A DNA stretch of 64,000 nt. Origin: Curvularia clavata (Eukaryota). This document shows, piece after piece, positions 23,056 to 34,101 of the stretch (positions are counted from its first letter, which is position 1; the number at the start of each line of letters is the position of its first letter). Position numbers and translations under genes: made by a program. The stretch is taken from NCBI GenBank assembly GCA_023920165.1, contig CP089277.1:2046001-2110000 (forward strand), given 5' to 3'. Below the pieces are notes generated by a model. That model was not told the DNA's origin. It saw only the letters and a list, made by a program, of their open reading frames with translations, and made no database searches.

Positions 23056-24234
23056 ATGTTGTTCTCGACTTTAACCAGATGGCTCTCCGCCGCCGCCGCC
23101 ATGTTCAGCCCTTTTAATGATAGAAACCAAGTCACCATCCTGATCCCCTCTACATTCAAGCTCCCATGGATTCAAAGCTTCGCTTCAATAGGCGACTCGT
23201 ACTCAGCTGGTCTCGGTGCAGGGCAGCGCCTCGACTGGCTCTGTTCGCGCTACACGCTTTCGTACCCCAATATCCTGCACGCATCCCTTCTCGGACCTGA
23301 CGAAAACCGAAACCATACATTCCTTGCCTGCTCAGGCGCCACCAGCACGGAGATCCTGGCTACACAGGTTCCAGTACTCCCTTCTAACTTGGATCTCCTT
23401 ACCATCTCGGCGGGCGGAAACGACATTGGTCTGACGGCTATACTCAGCGCCTGTATCTATCAGTTCTACATGGCAGCCGAAGATGCATGCGCACAGGCTA
23501 TCGACCAAGCAAGCGCGCGTATCGCCAATGAAACAGAGTTATACCACAACACGACCCTATTGCTTGACGCTGCAAAGCAAAAGATGAATCCACACCACGG
23601 CGTCATCTATTACACTGGGTATGCAGCCTTTTTCGGCGCCGACGACGATAGCTGTGACAACGTGACCTGGGCTGTGTGGAAAGATGTTGAGTGGCGCAAG
23701 CAATATCTTACACGGGAGCTGCGTGGTAAACTCAATAACATGGTCTACAGCGTCAACCGTGTTCTCGAAAGAGCAGTTATCAAGGCTGGACCAGCCGTGC
23801 GTTTTGTCGACTATGATGCTCAGATTCGCCGGTCGCGCGGGCGATACTGCGAGAGTGGCGTGGTGGAGCCGGCGCCGAATCGTCTTGGGCTGGCATTCTA
23901 TGAGTGGGCAACGGTGGACAAAGGGGAGAATAGCACAGCGCTGCTGAATCGAACGGGCGATGATGTGCCTACATGGTCCTTTCAGGGTGGCATTGCGAGC
24001 GAAGTGAACAAGACTTTGGTGAGGCATCCGGACTGGGAAGTCGAGCATGACAAGGGGTTTGTGCGGAAGGAAAAGGAGAATGGGACTGTTAGTGAGCAAG
24101 ATTGGTTGAGCGATGGAGTTCATTGGTTGTTGCCGGATAGTTATAAGAGGGTTTTCCACCTGAGACCAGTGGGACACGAGCTTGTTGCACGGATGATTGC
24201 GGAGGATTTGGAGAGAAGAAATACTGGAAGGTAA
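23056..24234 (+). CDS. SGNH/GDSL hydrolase (SEST-like), probably secreted
   Basis: Block I 'SIGDSYSAG', then 'FLACSGAT', 'TISAGGNDIG' and 'FHL...GH'. Hydrophobic N-terminus and several N-glycosylation sequons. Confidence 0.85.
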   Translation: MLFSTLTRWLSAAAAMFSPFNDRNQVTILIPSTFKLPWIQSFASIGDSYSAGLGAGQRLDWLCSRYTLSYPNILHASLLGPDENRNHTFLACSGATSTEILATQVPVLPSNLDLLTISAGGNDIGLTAILSACIYQFYMAAEDACAQAIDQASARIANETELYHNTTLLLDAAKQKMNPHHGVIYYTGYAAFFGADDDSCDNVTWAVWKDVEWRKQYLTRELRGKLNNMVYSVNRVLERAVIKAGPAVRFVDYDAQIRRSRGRYCESGVVEPAPNRLGLAFYEWATVDKGENSTALLNRTGDDVPTWSFQGGIASEVNKTLVRHPDWEVEHDKGFVRKEKENGTVSEQDWLSDGVHWLLPDSYKRVFHLRPVGHELVARMIAEDLERRNTGR

Positions 24235-24871
24235 GAGCGCATGCGGCGGCATTCAACAAGCCAATGAGCTGTGATCTAGACTGTTTTCATACTGTAGGCG
24301 AACTCATTGGGAATGATTGTTGTGGAGCAAAAGGATAATGTTTTCTTTTTTGTATGTATTCGAGTTGTATTGATTGAGGCCCAGTCACCTGCTGATCTTG
24401 ACTAAGAGAAAGAGAGAAAGCCAGTCTCTTCGGTGGCTGGTTTGGTAGAACTGGTGCTAAGACCACCGGCTTCAGTCCTGGTGCAGCGTAGGATTTCTCT
24501 CGGTGTGCCGACATAGTTGACACAAAACTGCGCCCACTAATTTTGCGAAGAAATCCTTTCATTTCTTGATGACACGGGGCAAACACAGATATTTCTAGAT
24601 GAGTTCACATCATCTATGACATGACAGTGATACTGTCATGGTATTTTGACTGTGAGGAAAGCAGTTTTTACGGGGCGGTTTTATCCAACTGTGTTGGTAC
24701 ATCAAGAGAGTACCAACATGAAGAAATAGATTTCTGAATCTACGCTTGCAATAAAGGTCCGCTGAGGACATGGTATCCTATCCAAGCCGAAATTTTGTGG
24801 GAAATAACAACCGCATATTTGTGAACGCCAGTAAATGCTAACCATGAATCAACGCCAGTGTGCATCGTAAC

Positions 24872-25568
24872 TCATAATCGTCGTTTGCCGATGCGACCGG
24901 GACCAGCTCTCTGGCCTTTGAAGGGCTTGAGGGCGCCCTTGCCGCGCGAGGTAGGGAAAGTGACCTTGTTGGACGGCTTGCGACGAAGCTGTTTGCGGGT
25001 CTGGCTCTTGTCCTTGGACTTGGACTTTGAGGAGGAGGTTTTGGCAGCCGGGGTGGCACCGTCAACGTCCATATCTATATCAAGAAGGAGTTAGCCCTTG
25101 ATTCTTGCTCAGCCAGCAGTGAGGGAGCGGGTCAAAGGCAAACTTGAGGTCGCCCTTTGCGGTGAAGCCAACGACGTCAGAACACAGTCCCAGATGGAAG
25201 CACAGGTTTCTGAGGTCGCAATCGTCCTGCGCTAGGTCCTGGGACTTTGTAGAGGGATCGGACAGGGAGCGCGGTATTGGGGCAGTGAGAAAAGACGAAC
25301 CTTTGGGCAAGTCGTCATTGGCGGTGGTGGTGTCATTTGTAGCGCTGGCTGGAGGCAGGTTAGCGATGAGGCATGCGCAAGGGGAGGCGACTAGCTTACA
25401 GTCTTCAGTGGTGTCCATCTGGTTGCCTTCGGGCTTGGGCTGCTGGACGGTCTCGAGAAGTTTGGCATGCAGGCGCTCGACGCGCGCCTGCTCGACGGGG
25501 CCGAATACTCGGGCGCGGAGCTTGGAGCGGTTCGCCTTTTTGCTGCTTGCGCGAAGACCCTTTGCCAT
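24872..25568 (-). CDS. DUF2423-family small basic protein (YBL028C-like)
   Basis: MAKGLRASSKKANRSKLRARVFGPVEQARVERLHAKL N-terminus. Introns 25349-25399 and 25075-25300 join a K/R-rich last exon (DMDVDG...KRRL). Confidence 0.8.
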
Positions 25569-26198
25569 TGCGGATTTGTAGACTTTTTTGTCTTCGTTGG
25601 TCTATGGATTATGGTGGAGGAGAAGGGAGCGGTGATGGATGTAGGCGGGCGGGTCGGCGGAGTGGGGAAGTGGAAAAGGGCAGCAAGAATAATTTTGGTG
25701 GCGAGGCGGGCACGCAGGGACACACGACTGGGACAGGCCAACCCACGTCGGCCCGTGCCCGGGTCGCGTTCTTCGCCGAGTGACGCTGACGGCCTGGCGA
25801 CATAGCAGCTGCGAGATGCGCTCGCCGCGAGAGCCGCCGCCGCCATCCTCGACGGCCGTGTAACCCACAAGAGGCCTGCTGTCGTCTCTCTGTCCGTCTG
25901 CTCTGTACACTACTCGACAGTGCTCTCCTGCCCTGCGCTGTATCACTTGGCCGACAAGCCTGGGGGAAGAAGTTGCGACCAACTATCTATCTGCTCGACC
26001 GCCGCCTCGACGGCCTCACGGCTCCATTTCACCTTTACTCACCTGCACAAAGACCCTCTCTGGCCTATTTTGCAGCCCCAGATGCCTTCGCGAGCCAACC
26101 TCTGCCGGTAGCCTTTCACTCTTACGCTTCCCAAACCTGCTCCCCAGCCTTGTCAACCGCGACACCTCCGTACACACATAAACTCCCGCACACACGCC

Positions 26199-28211
26199 AT
26201 GGCAACGCCTCTTCCACCCGCGGCTGCCACAGTCCTGGACCACCTCAAGCGACTCATCAACAACGACTTGAAGAAGATTCTGAAAGAGGAGGGCAGGTCG
26301 CAGACAGGAAACAAGGCGGCACTGCAAGCTCGCGTGCAAGACCGTACGTACATGTCTGCTGTTCCATATACGACTTGGGCACGCAATAATCGCCTCACAG
26401 CCTGCTAACCCTCACCTTCACCAGTTCTCAATGACGCCGTTTCCAGAAGAGACCATGCACTCCTGCAGCGACTCGAGTACCGTGTCCAGCACCACGGCGA
26501 AGCGCCTCCCCCATCAACAAGCTCTTCTGTAGTGCCTCCGTACTCGCAGCCTCCCCCGCCCCTTGCCAACGGCTATGCCATGCCCAACGGATACCAGTCC
26601 AACGGCGCGCACCAATCACATCAACACCATCCCCCCTCAATGCCGTCTCGTAGGTCGCCCATGTCGCGTCGTAGCACCAGACGGCAGTACTGACCACTCA
26701 AACTAGGACCCGCCTACTTCTTCAAAGACAGTCCCTTCTTCGAAATACGCGAGCTCGTGCTGACCAACATGTCGCTCGAAGGTACGTCTGCTATCTCGCC
26801 GTCGTCGGTGCTCCCCTAGGCTAACCAAAAACCAGCTTCGCCAACTCACCGAGCTACGCTCGCGAGGAACTTCACCCTGAATGAGACACAGACAGGACGC
26901 CTAAAGTCTGATCCATCTCTACGACTACTACTGTTCTCCGCTCTCGAGCAGCCACTTGCTCCTTACTCGCGTCTGGACATTGCATTCCCTTCTCAAATCG
27001 AGGTCAAGGTCAACGACGAAGAAGTCAAGGCAAACTACAAGGGCTTGAAAAACAAACCAGGCTCAACACGCCCAGCTGACATCACCAGCTTTGTGCGCAC
27101 AAAGGTTGCTAATCAGCGCAACAGCCTCCTCATCACCTATGCCCTGACCCAGAAGGCAAGTCAAGCAGAGGTTTCTTTCCACTCGTCTCCCCTGTCATGT
27201 GGCCCCAAGCTGACAATCCATTGCAGAAGTATAATCTCTTCATCTACCTGGTCAGGAAATTCTCCGTCGAAGAGTTGACCGAGCGTATCAAGCGCCGCAA
27301 CGTCATTACCAGAGAGTCTGTGCTGAATGAGAGTAAGATGCTTCACTGCGCGAGCCATGCTGTGCTCAACTAACCTGCCGATAGTGATGAAAAAGGCCAA
27401 TGATCCCGATATCGAAGTAGGATCGAGTGTCATGTCACTCAAAGACCCCATCTCCACTCTGCGCATTGTCACCCCTTGCAGATCTACCGTTTGCACACAC
27501 AACCAGTGCTTTGACGCCGACTCTTTTCTCCAGCTCCAGGAGCAAGCACCTACGTGGACCTGTCCGATATGCAACAAGACCGTATCCTTCGAAGCACTTG
27601 CCGTTGACCAATATGTTCAGGACATCCTGAGCAAAGCCCGCAACATCGATCAGGTCACTATCCAGCCAAATGGCGAATGGTCGACGGAGAAGGACGTAAA
27701 GCCCAAGCATTACAACCATGACGACGATAGCGACGACGACCTCGTTGAGATCACTGATTATCGCGTCCAGGCTATCAAGAGTGAAGCCGCACCAACTCCT
27801 ACCTCGCTCAGTACACCTCCGCTGCCCTCTCGAGAGCCTTCGACGGCTCCTCGTTCGGGCCAGAAGAGGACATCCGAGGTTGTTGACTTAACATTAAGCG
27901 ATGATGAAGATCCGAGGCCAAGTAAAAAGGTAGCATACACTACCCCCAGCAGCATCCCTGATGTGTCGCGTCGGTACCAGTTGCCTCCTTTAGGGGGGCA
28001 TAGCCGCCCTGCACAACCACCACCGCCGCCACCACCACCTACCTATCACTCGAGCTCTGGCAACACACGTTCGGAGTATTCCCGGCCTCCATCCACACCC
28101 CCGCCACGCCATGCTTACCACCCTTATCGACAAACACAGCCTGCCCGACCTTCTTATCCTGGGCAAGGTACTTCTGCATATCCCGCCCACATCGGCTCGT
28201 CTTCTCCTTGA
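26199..28211 (+). CDS. SIZ1: SUMO E3 ligase Siz/PIAS (SAP + PINIT + SP-RING)
   Basis: SAP-like 'LINNDLKKILKEEG..TGNKAALQAR', PINIT-like 'GLKNKPGSTRPADIT', SP-RING 'SLKDPIS..PCRSTVCTHNQCFDA..WTCPIC' and SIM 'VVDLTLSDDE'. About 5 introns. Confidence 0.9.
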
Positions 28212-28728
28212 AAATAATGTTGTGCTTTATAGTGTCTATTCTCATTGATGTATGAGTATACTTGCTCTTCAGCTAACACAACCTCTGCCTCATAGGTCCC
28301 AACCAGCTGAAGTAGTGTGGCACCCATCAAGGCCACGTATGCTTGCCCAGTCCCATCCGATTGTGGGCGGCTTTTGTGGGAGCAAAAAGTGGAGATTCCT
28401 CCATCTTCCTACTGATTTGAAATGGGGATTTAGCGCGAGGCGTTTGGAGGATGACATCTCATGATGATCTATCTGTTTATGGCGTATGGAAGGAGTGACG
28501 GATACTGGGAATACCATTGTGTTTAGAAGACTGCATCCGGTTGGTGGCCGTCGCAAGTCAATTTCTACGAGGATGAAAGAGAGAACGTGGCATGTACAAC
28601 AGGAGCTTTACCAAGTGGTGACAGGAACTGGGTGATTCACAAGAGCGAGTAACAAGTGTGCAACAGTTGTGCCATTCGGCTTTGGCCGCAATCAAAATTT
28701 CAACTTCATTGCTCAACTTAGCTATTTT

Positions 28729-30229
28729 TCACGGATCCCAAGGGTCTTTTGCGAAGCCACCACTGATATTTTCTGCTTCGCCGTCTTTCTTGACCACAAG
28801 AACGTCCTCGTGACGCACACCAAACCTGTTCAAGATATATACTCCAGGTTCGGCCGTGAAGACCATGCCTGGGCGTAGTGTGGCTCGAACGTTTCCTTTG
28901 TGGAGATAGGGGCTCTCGTGCGCCTTGATGCCAATGCCGTGACCCAGACGATGAGTAAAGTAATCGCCATAGCCTGCAGCTTCGATGATATCGCGTGCAG
29001 CAACATCAACTGAGGCGGCTGTTGCGCCTGGCGCCATTGCCTTGACAGCTGCAGCCTGCGCGTCCAGCACAAGCCACCAAACCTGGAGCGGCTCATTAGA
29101 ATTGCGTTCTGATGACGCTGGTTCTGGCTTGAAGGGAGGATAGAAGGTGCGAGTGACATCTGAGCTGTACCCATACAGCTTTGCGCCAACATCAATGAGC
29201 ACAAACATTTGAGCCTCGAGCTTTCTCTCGCCATCGTATCCCCCATGTGGCAGCGCAGCACTCTTTCCAAACTCAACAAGGTCAAAGAATGGGTCCAGCC
29301 CAGCTGCTCGAAGCGTATCGTCCAACACGTGCTTGACTTGATTCTCTGTCACCCCAGGGTACAGGCACTGCCGCATGGCCCGAATCGCCTCCACGGTCCC
29401 TGTATTAACAGCCTTCAAGATGCCAATCTCGCGGTCAGTTTTAACTTGACGAACAGCTTCGACTTCGCCGGCTAGGGATGAGACGGTGAAAGCATTAGAT
29501 GCCAGACCGCGTTGGATAAAGTCACGCATTTCTTCGTCAACCATGAGCTTAGGCGATATCTTGTCTCCCCAGATCTCTGACAACCAAAGCGTGGTATAAT
29601 AGTTCCAATCTTCTTCATAGGCAATGGTGTGAATATCTTCCTCAAACGGCATGTTGAGCAGCCTAGCTCGCGTCTCTTCGAAATGCGGCACCAGGAAAGA
29701 CGTATTGGCGACTACCTCACCAGTTGAAAGCTTCTGAGGCCGAATGACCATGAGAAATGGCCTTTCCTCTGGCTCCCAGGGCTCCCAATCGTGCTGTGTC
29801 ACGTTGGCGTAATAGCTAAACGTATAGCCTGGCTCTACGACAAAGGCATCCATGTCTTCTGCAATCAGAGCTTTAGCTAGATTGTTTCGCCGAAGCACGT
29901 ATTCTTCTAGCGGCGGCCTTTCAGCATATTGCAGAAACTCAAGACCGGTGTCTAAAAATGTGTCGATGGAACATTGTCGGAACTTGGAGAATGGACACTC
30001 CAGTATCACGTGTTTACGACTGGACCAGGCGTAAAGATACTAGACATAAGATGTTGACATGGGCAGCCCCAAGCAAGTCAGGTGAAGTTTGAGCGGAAAG
30101 GAAACATACCATTGATCCAAACAATGTGACACTTGCCATAACATAGAGAAGCGACCGACGCGTGTGCCTGAATGGTTTGCGCCAAACACCGACGGTTTCA
30201 TCGGGTGAAATCAGATTTTCTTTTCCCAT
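28729..30229 (-). CDS. M24 Xaa-Pro aminopeptidase/dipeptidase-family protein with an N-terminal membrane anchor
   Basis: Metal ligands in LPHG, IDVG, SDVTRT, HRLGHGIG..HE, EPGVY and RHED. The first exon MGKENL..LLYVMASVTLFGSM is joined by intron 30040-30109. Confidence 0.88.
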
Positions 30230-30840
30230 CTTCAAAATGATGATGGGGTTTGCTCAGGTGGCTAGTAGTTGGACAGTACCGTGTAGGTTGTCACAGCCTG
30301 GTTGAGGGGCAGCACTTGGCGGGCATAGCGTCAGGCGCGTGATCACGTGGTGCGCCCTTCCCACTGTTCCGGTCTCGATAAAAGTAGTCAGTGCGGGCCA
30401 GCTACACACAGTCTTTGCCTGACCCAACTTGAACTTCATTGAAACCGCTATATTGTGATTTAAGACTAAGTTGCAATTAGCGCCTACGTAAAGCAGCTTT
30501 CTAGTATTTACATGCCACTTTTTACTAAGCTACGATTAGCAATTTCTGCTACCGTTCTAACATTTTGAATACTTCTGTTGAAGTTGGCACCATCACGCAT
30601 TCAAGCCTGAGTATATTGATGGGTGACACAGGAACGAACAATCTATGAACGTGAAGCATAATCAACTTTTTGTAAGGAAAAGTAGCCTATATATGAAATG
30701 CCACTAAAGCAGAGTTATGTAAGGTAGTGGTTGAACATGATTGTTGTTCCAGCCCCCCCCCCCCCCCGCCCAACAGTCATTGCCACAATCCATAGGATTT
30801 TGCATATGCACCAGCAAATATACCTCAGGTAGCATGCTGC

Positions 30841-31349
30841 CTAGGCAATCTCCTCTTCGAAGTCGTCGGCATCAATCTTGAAATCAGGCGTGTCAGCAAA
30901 CGCCTCCAACTTGATCTTGCTAGGAGCCGATGGTTTCTTCTTTGTGACCCGTCCACTGTTGACTGCAGGCTAATTATCAGAATCATTCTAAAGAATCTAA
31001 AGATGCGGCACTTACCACCCTTGGTGGGACTGGCACTAGCGCTCTTGGTACGCGCCTTAGTCGAAACCCTAGGAGAAACTTGATATTCTGTTGTTCCATC
31101 CTTAAGGGCCGTGGCCTGCTTCTTCCAAGGTCGGAGATGGCATTCGAGTGCGTCGTACGTCATGCCGTCACCATACAGACGAGCGACTTCGCGGATGTCA
31201 ATCTGCAGAAAACAAGGTATTAGCGGATGCTGCCCCGACGCGATGAGATTGCTGGAGTGAACAAGTGCACTTACCTTGTTGTTGACAGAGGCAAGGAATG
31301 CGATGAACAGGCGTTCAAGCACGTTTTTGTCGCTCCAGTTGACGGGCAT
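30841..31349 (-). CDS. Small fungal hypothetical protein (Myb-like helical N-terminus, basic/acidic tail)
   Basis: MPVNWSDKNVLERLFIAFLAS..|IDIREVARLYGDGMTYDALECHLRPWKKQA..KG|VNSGRVTKK..EEEIA*. Two canonical introns preserve the frame. Confidence 0.65.
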
Positions 31350-32163
31350 CGTGGCGACTATAGGGTGTTAGTCAAGACTAGGAGTGAAGAAGAAGGGTTT
31401 ATGCGAAGCAATGAAGATCTCGAACTACATAGGTGGGATAGATGAAGTGTGGCAATAGGCTCCTACAGGGGCCGTATTACTCAAATACAATTTCACCAGG
31501 ATGCTTACGTGAAGAGTACAGGAAACAACTTGCCGTAATAGTGCTGGGAGAGTGGTGGAGTTGTAGCGATGTGAGCAGACAGGAAGTTTAGCAGAGTATG
31601 ATAGGCAGTGTGGGTTATAGCGTAGTTTCACGTGGGGCGGTTCTTAGGAAGAAGTTTGGTGGTTTGGAGACGTAGGTATGTAAAGGTAGCAGATAGCGCA
31701 TGTTCAGACAAGTGAAGGTGAGTAGACAAACATGTGTATCGCCAGTTCACTTCTCCGCTGCCATGCTACCTATACATGAGATAGCATCGCCAACGAAGAT
31801 AGAACATGTCATTGTACCAAAAAGCTCCACCTTCACCACAAAGCAAGGGAGCATTGAAAAGGATATGCAATAGTAATATGTATATCCGCGACACAGCGGA
31901 GACGCGAGGTACTGAAATGTGATTGGGTATATCTGCTTTTGTCGAGAGCGTCGAGCAAGGCTGCAAAGAATGTAAAGATGGTCGCCTGTGCTTTACTTTA
32001 TGCTTAGACTATACGAGACTGATGACCAGTCATTTGTCTGTAATGCACAGAACACTGGCTGCTACTGTGAGCTGTGCGGATGCGATTGTGCTCGCAATGT
32101 GGAAACGGCGCCCACCGTACTGCGAAATTGATACTATATTTTGTGTTTTCCAACACATTTAGT

Positions 32164-33645
32164 TCACCGTTTCGTTTTGTTGATTTTGGAATCGTCCCAC
32201 TCTCTCCTACCTTTGCCCTGGGCTTTGAGCCTCTTTGCTTCCTCTCTTGGATCTATAACGAGTAATTCTTCCTCGTTCTTCCGCTTCCATTCCAAGTCTT
32301 TTCCTAACCTGTCTTTTGCGAAACTGAGCGAATGCGACATCCACCCCGTATCGTCGTCAGAGCCTTCATCTTCCTGTGCGTCCCAGGCTTTGCAAGACTG
32401 GCAGCCTACTATGAAGTGCAAATCACATGCAGATTCGTCATCTTGGGCATCTCCATTCCCTTTACTGTCTGGTGTGCCTTCTGGCAATGCTGAATTGACT
32501 GGTTTGGGTGGTGCTGCTGGCTCTGCTGCCTCAAGCTTTGATTTGAAGCGTGCCAGGATGTCTAATGAGGACTGTTCGTCTTTTGGGTTTCCACCAGCAC
32601 CTCGCTTGCGCCCTCGGGTTGTTGTTGACGGCACCATGGCCTCGAGCAAAGATTTCTTTTTGACTGGTGCCGCGTCTTGTGTTGCTGTACTCCGCTTCAT
32701 GGAAGCCTTGAGATCAGCGATCTGCTGGTTCACACGATCAAGCTTGGCCTGTCTCTCGGCTTCTGGGGATAGTTCCTTCAGAGGTGGAGAGCGGGGTTTG
32801 GGTGCAGGTTTTTGTCCAGCCTTGGGCTCAGGTGGTGGGGCTTTTGGCGGCGAAGGCGACTTGCGAGTTGAATTGCGTATAGGCATGTCTTTCGTCGGCT
32901 CGGGTGCTTTCACAGAGGGTGCCTTTTCATCACCCGCACTGACGAGTTTGGTGTTGAACTTGGGCTTTTTTGCGACAGGCGCAGAGTCGGCAGCAGCAGC
33001 GTCATCGTCGTCGCCAAAGCTGAGCACATTCTTGCCAGCTTTTCTCTTGGGCTTCTTGGGTTTCTTTCCCTCTGATGACGTTGCGGGTGCGGGCGCCTGT
33101 ACCCTCTTGACCATGCCCTCGAACGGATTAATGATAATATCGGCACCTGTAACCTTGGTCGGGTACATTGGCTGATCTTCACTCCCGTCGCGAATCTCTG
33201 CTTCCGCCATTTTCATCAGGTTGTAGATGGTGTCGCCCGCGACCCGGCCAAACAGCGTGTTCTTGTCCTGCAACTCAGGTGTCGGGGCCAGCGTGAAGAA
33301 GAACTGGCTGCCATTGTCGTCCTTCTTGCCCGTGTTGGCCATGCCTAGCAACCCTCGTCGCGTGTACTTGAGGCGGCTGTGGAATTCGTCGGCGAATGGC
33401 TCGCCATCGTAGCTGCTCTCGCCGCCCTGGCCGGTGCCCGTGGGATCACCGCCCTGGATGATGAAGCCCTTGACCAGGCGGTGGAACACGGTGTTGTCGT
33501 AGTAGCCATCGAGACACAACTGGAGAAAGTTGCGCGACGTGATGGGCGTCTGCTTGGCAAAGAGCTCGAGCTCGAGGTCGCCGGCGGTGGTGTGTAGGAC
33601 CACCTTGGCCGTGGGGTTGGGCTCGAGATTGTAGGTCGAGGCCAT
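32164..33645 (-). CDS. CWC27: Cyclophilin-type spliceosomal protein Cwc27
   Basis: MASTYNLEPNPTAKV..., 'FHRLVKGFIIQGGDPTGTG.GGES', 'FADEFHSRL', 'NGSQFFFTL'. Fungal C-terminal 'CDLHFIVGCQSC' and 'VIDPRE'. Confidence 0.93.
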   Translation of the reverse strand: MASTYNLEPNPTAKVVLHTTAGDLELELFAKQTPITSRNFLQLCLDGYYDNTVFHRLVKGFIIQGGDPTGTGQGGESSYDGEPFADEFHSRLKYTRRGLLGMANTGKKDDNGSQFFFTLAPTPELQDKNTLFGRVAGDTIYNLMKMAEAEIRDGSEDQPMYPTKVTGADIIINPFEGMVKRVQAPAPATSSEGKKPKKPKRKAGKNVLSFGDDDDAAAADSAPVAKKPKFNTKLVSAGDEKAPSVKAPEPTKDMPIRNSTRKSPSPPKAPPPEPKAGQKPAPKPRSPPLKELSPEAERQAKLDRVNQQIADLKASMKRSTATQDAAPVKKKSLLEAMVPSTTTRGRKRGAGGNPKDEQSSLDILARFKSKLEAAEPAAPPKPVNSALPEGTPDSKGNGDAQDDESACDLHFIVGCQSCKAWDAQEDEGSDDDTGWMSHSLSFAKDRLGKDLEWKRKNEEELLVIDPREEAKRLKAQGKGRREWDDSKINKTKR

Positions 33646-34101
33646 TGTCGGCTGCTGACTGCCCAAGTCACTCGCTCGTAAACGGGTCAATGTCGCGATG
33701 TCGCGTGGTTTGGTGTCTCAGAAAAGGCCGACCAGTGAGCGTCGAGCGCTTCCGCACGACCCACCGACAGCCGACCACGACAGACAACGTCATTCTGGGC
33801 ATCCCCCGGTCGACCTTGCTTGCGTACATCTATCTAGTACCTTCGCATCGCCCTGCTACTGACACATCCATTCTCTCACCTCTCGGGACCTTATATTACC
33901 AGAATCCCGCGCATCAAGACGGCATTTCTGCTCTTTCCCGCCATCTGATTATGAGCTAGGTGCTGCGTGCTACATAACTAGATAGGTGGCTTGCGCACGG
34001 TGCCTGACTTGTGGGATAACTTTTTTACATCATCCCAGCTGTTTGGCAATTCGCCTCTACTGTCATCGCCTGGTGGGCCTTAACTATACACACCCGGCAC
34101 C

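Noticed and set aside
23557..24252. 231-aa minus-strand ORF
   Set aside because: Antisense to the SGNH hydrolase.
24620..24640. 9-bp perfect hairpin CATGACAGT-GAT-ACTGTCATG between convergent genes
   Set aside because: Short enough to occur by chance, and intrinsic terminators are not expected in fungal Pol II genes.
32141..33175. 344-aa plus-strand ORF
   Set aside because: Antisense shadow of CWC27 with no recognisable motifs.
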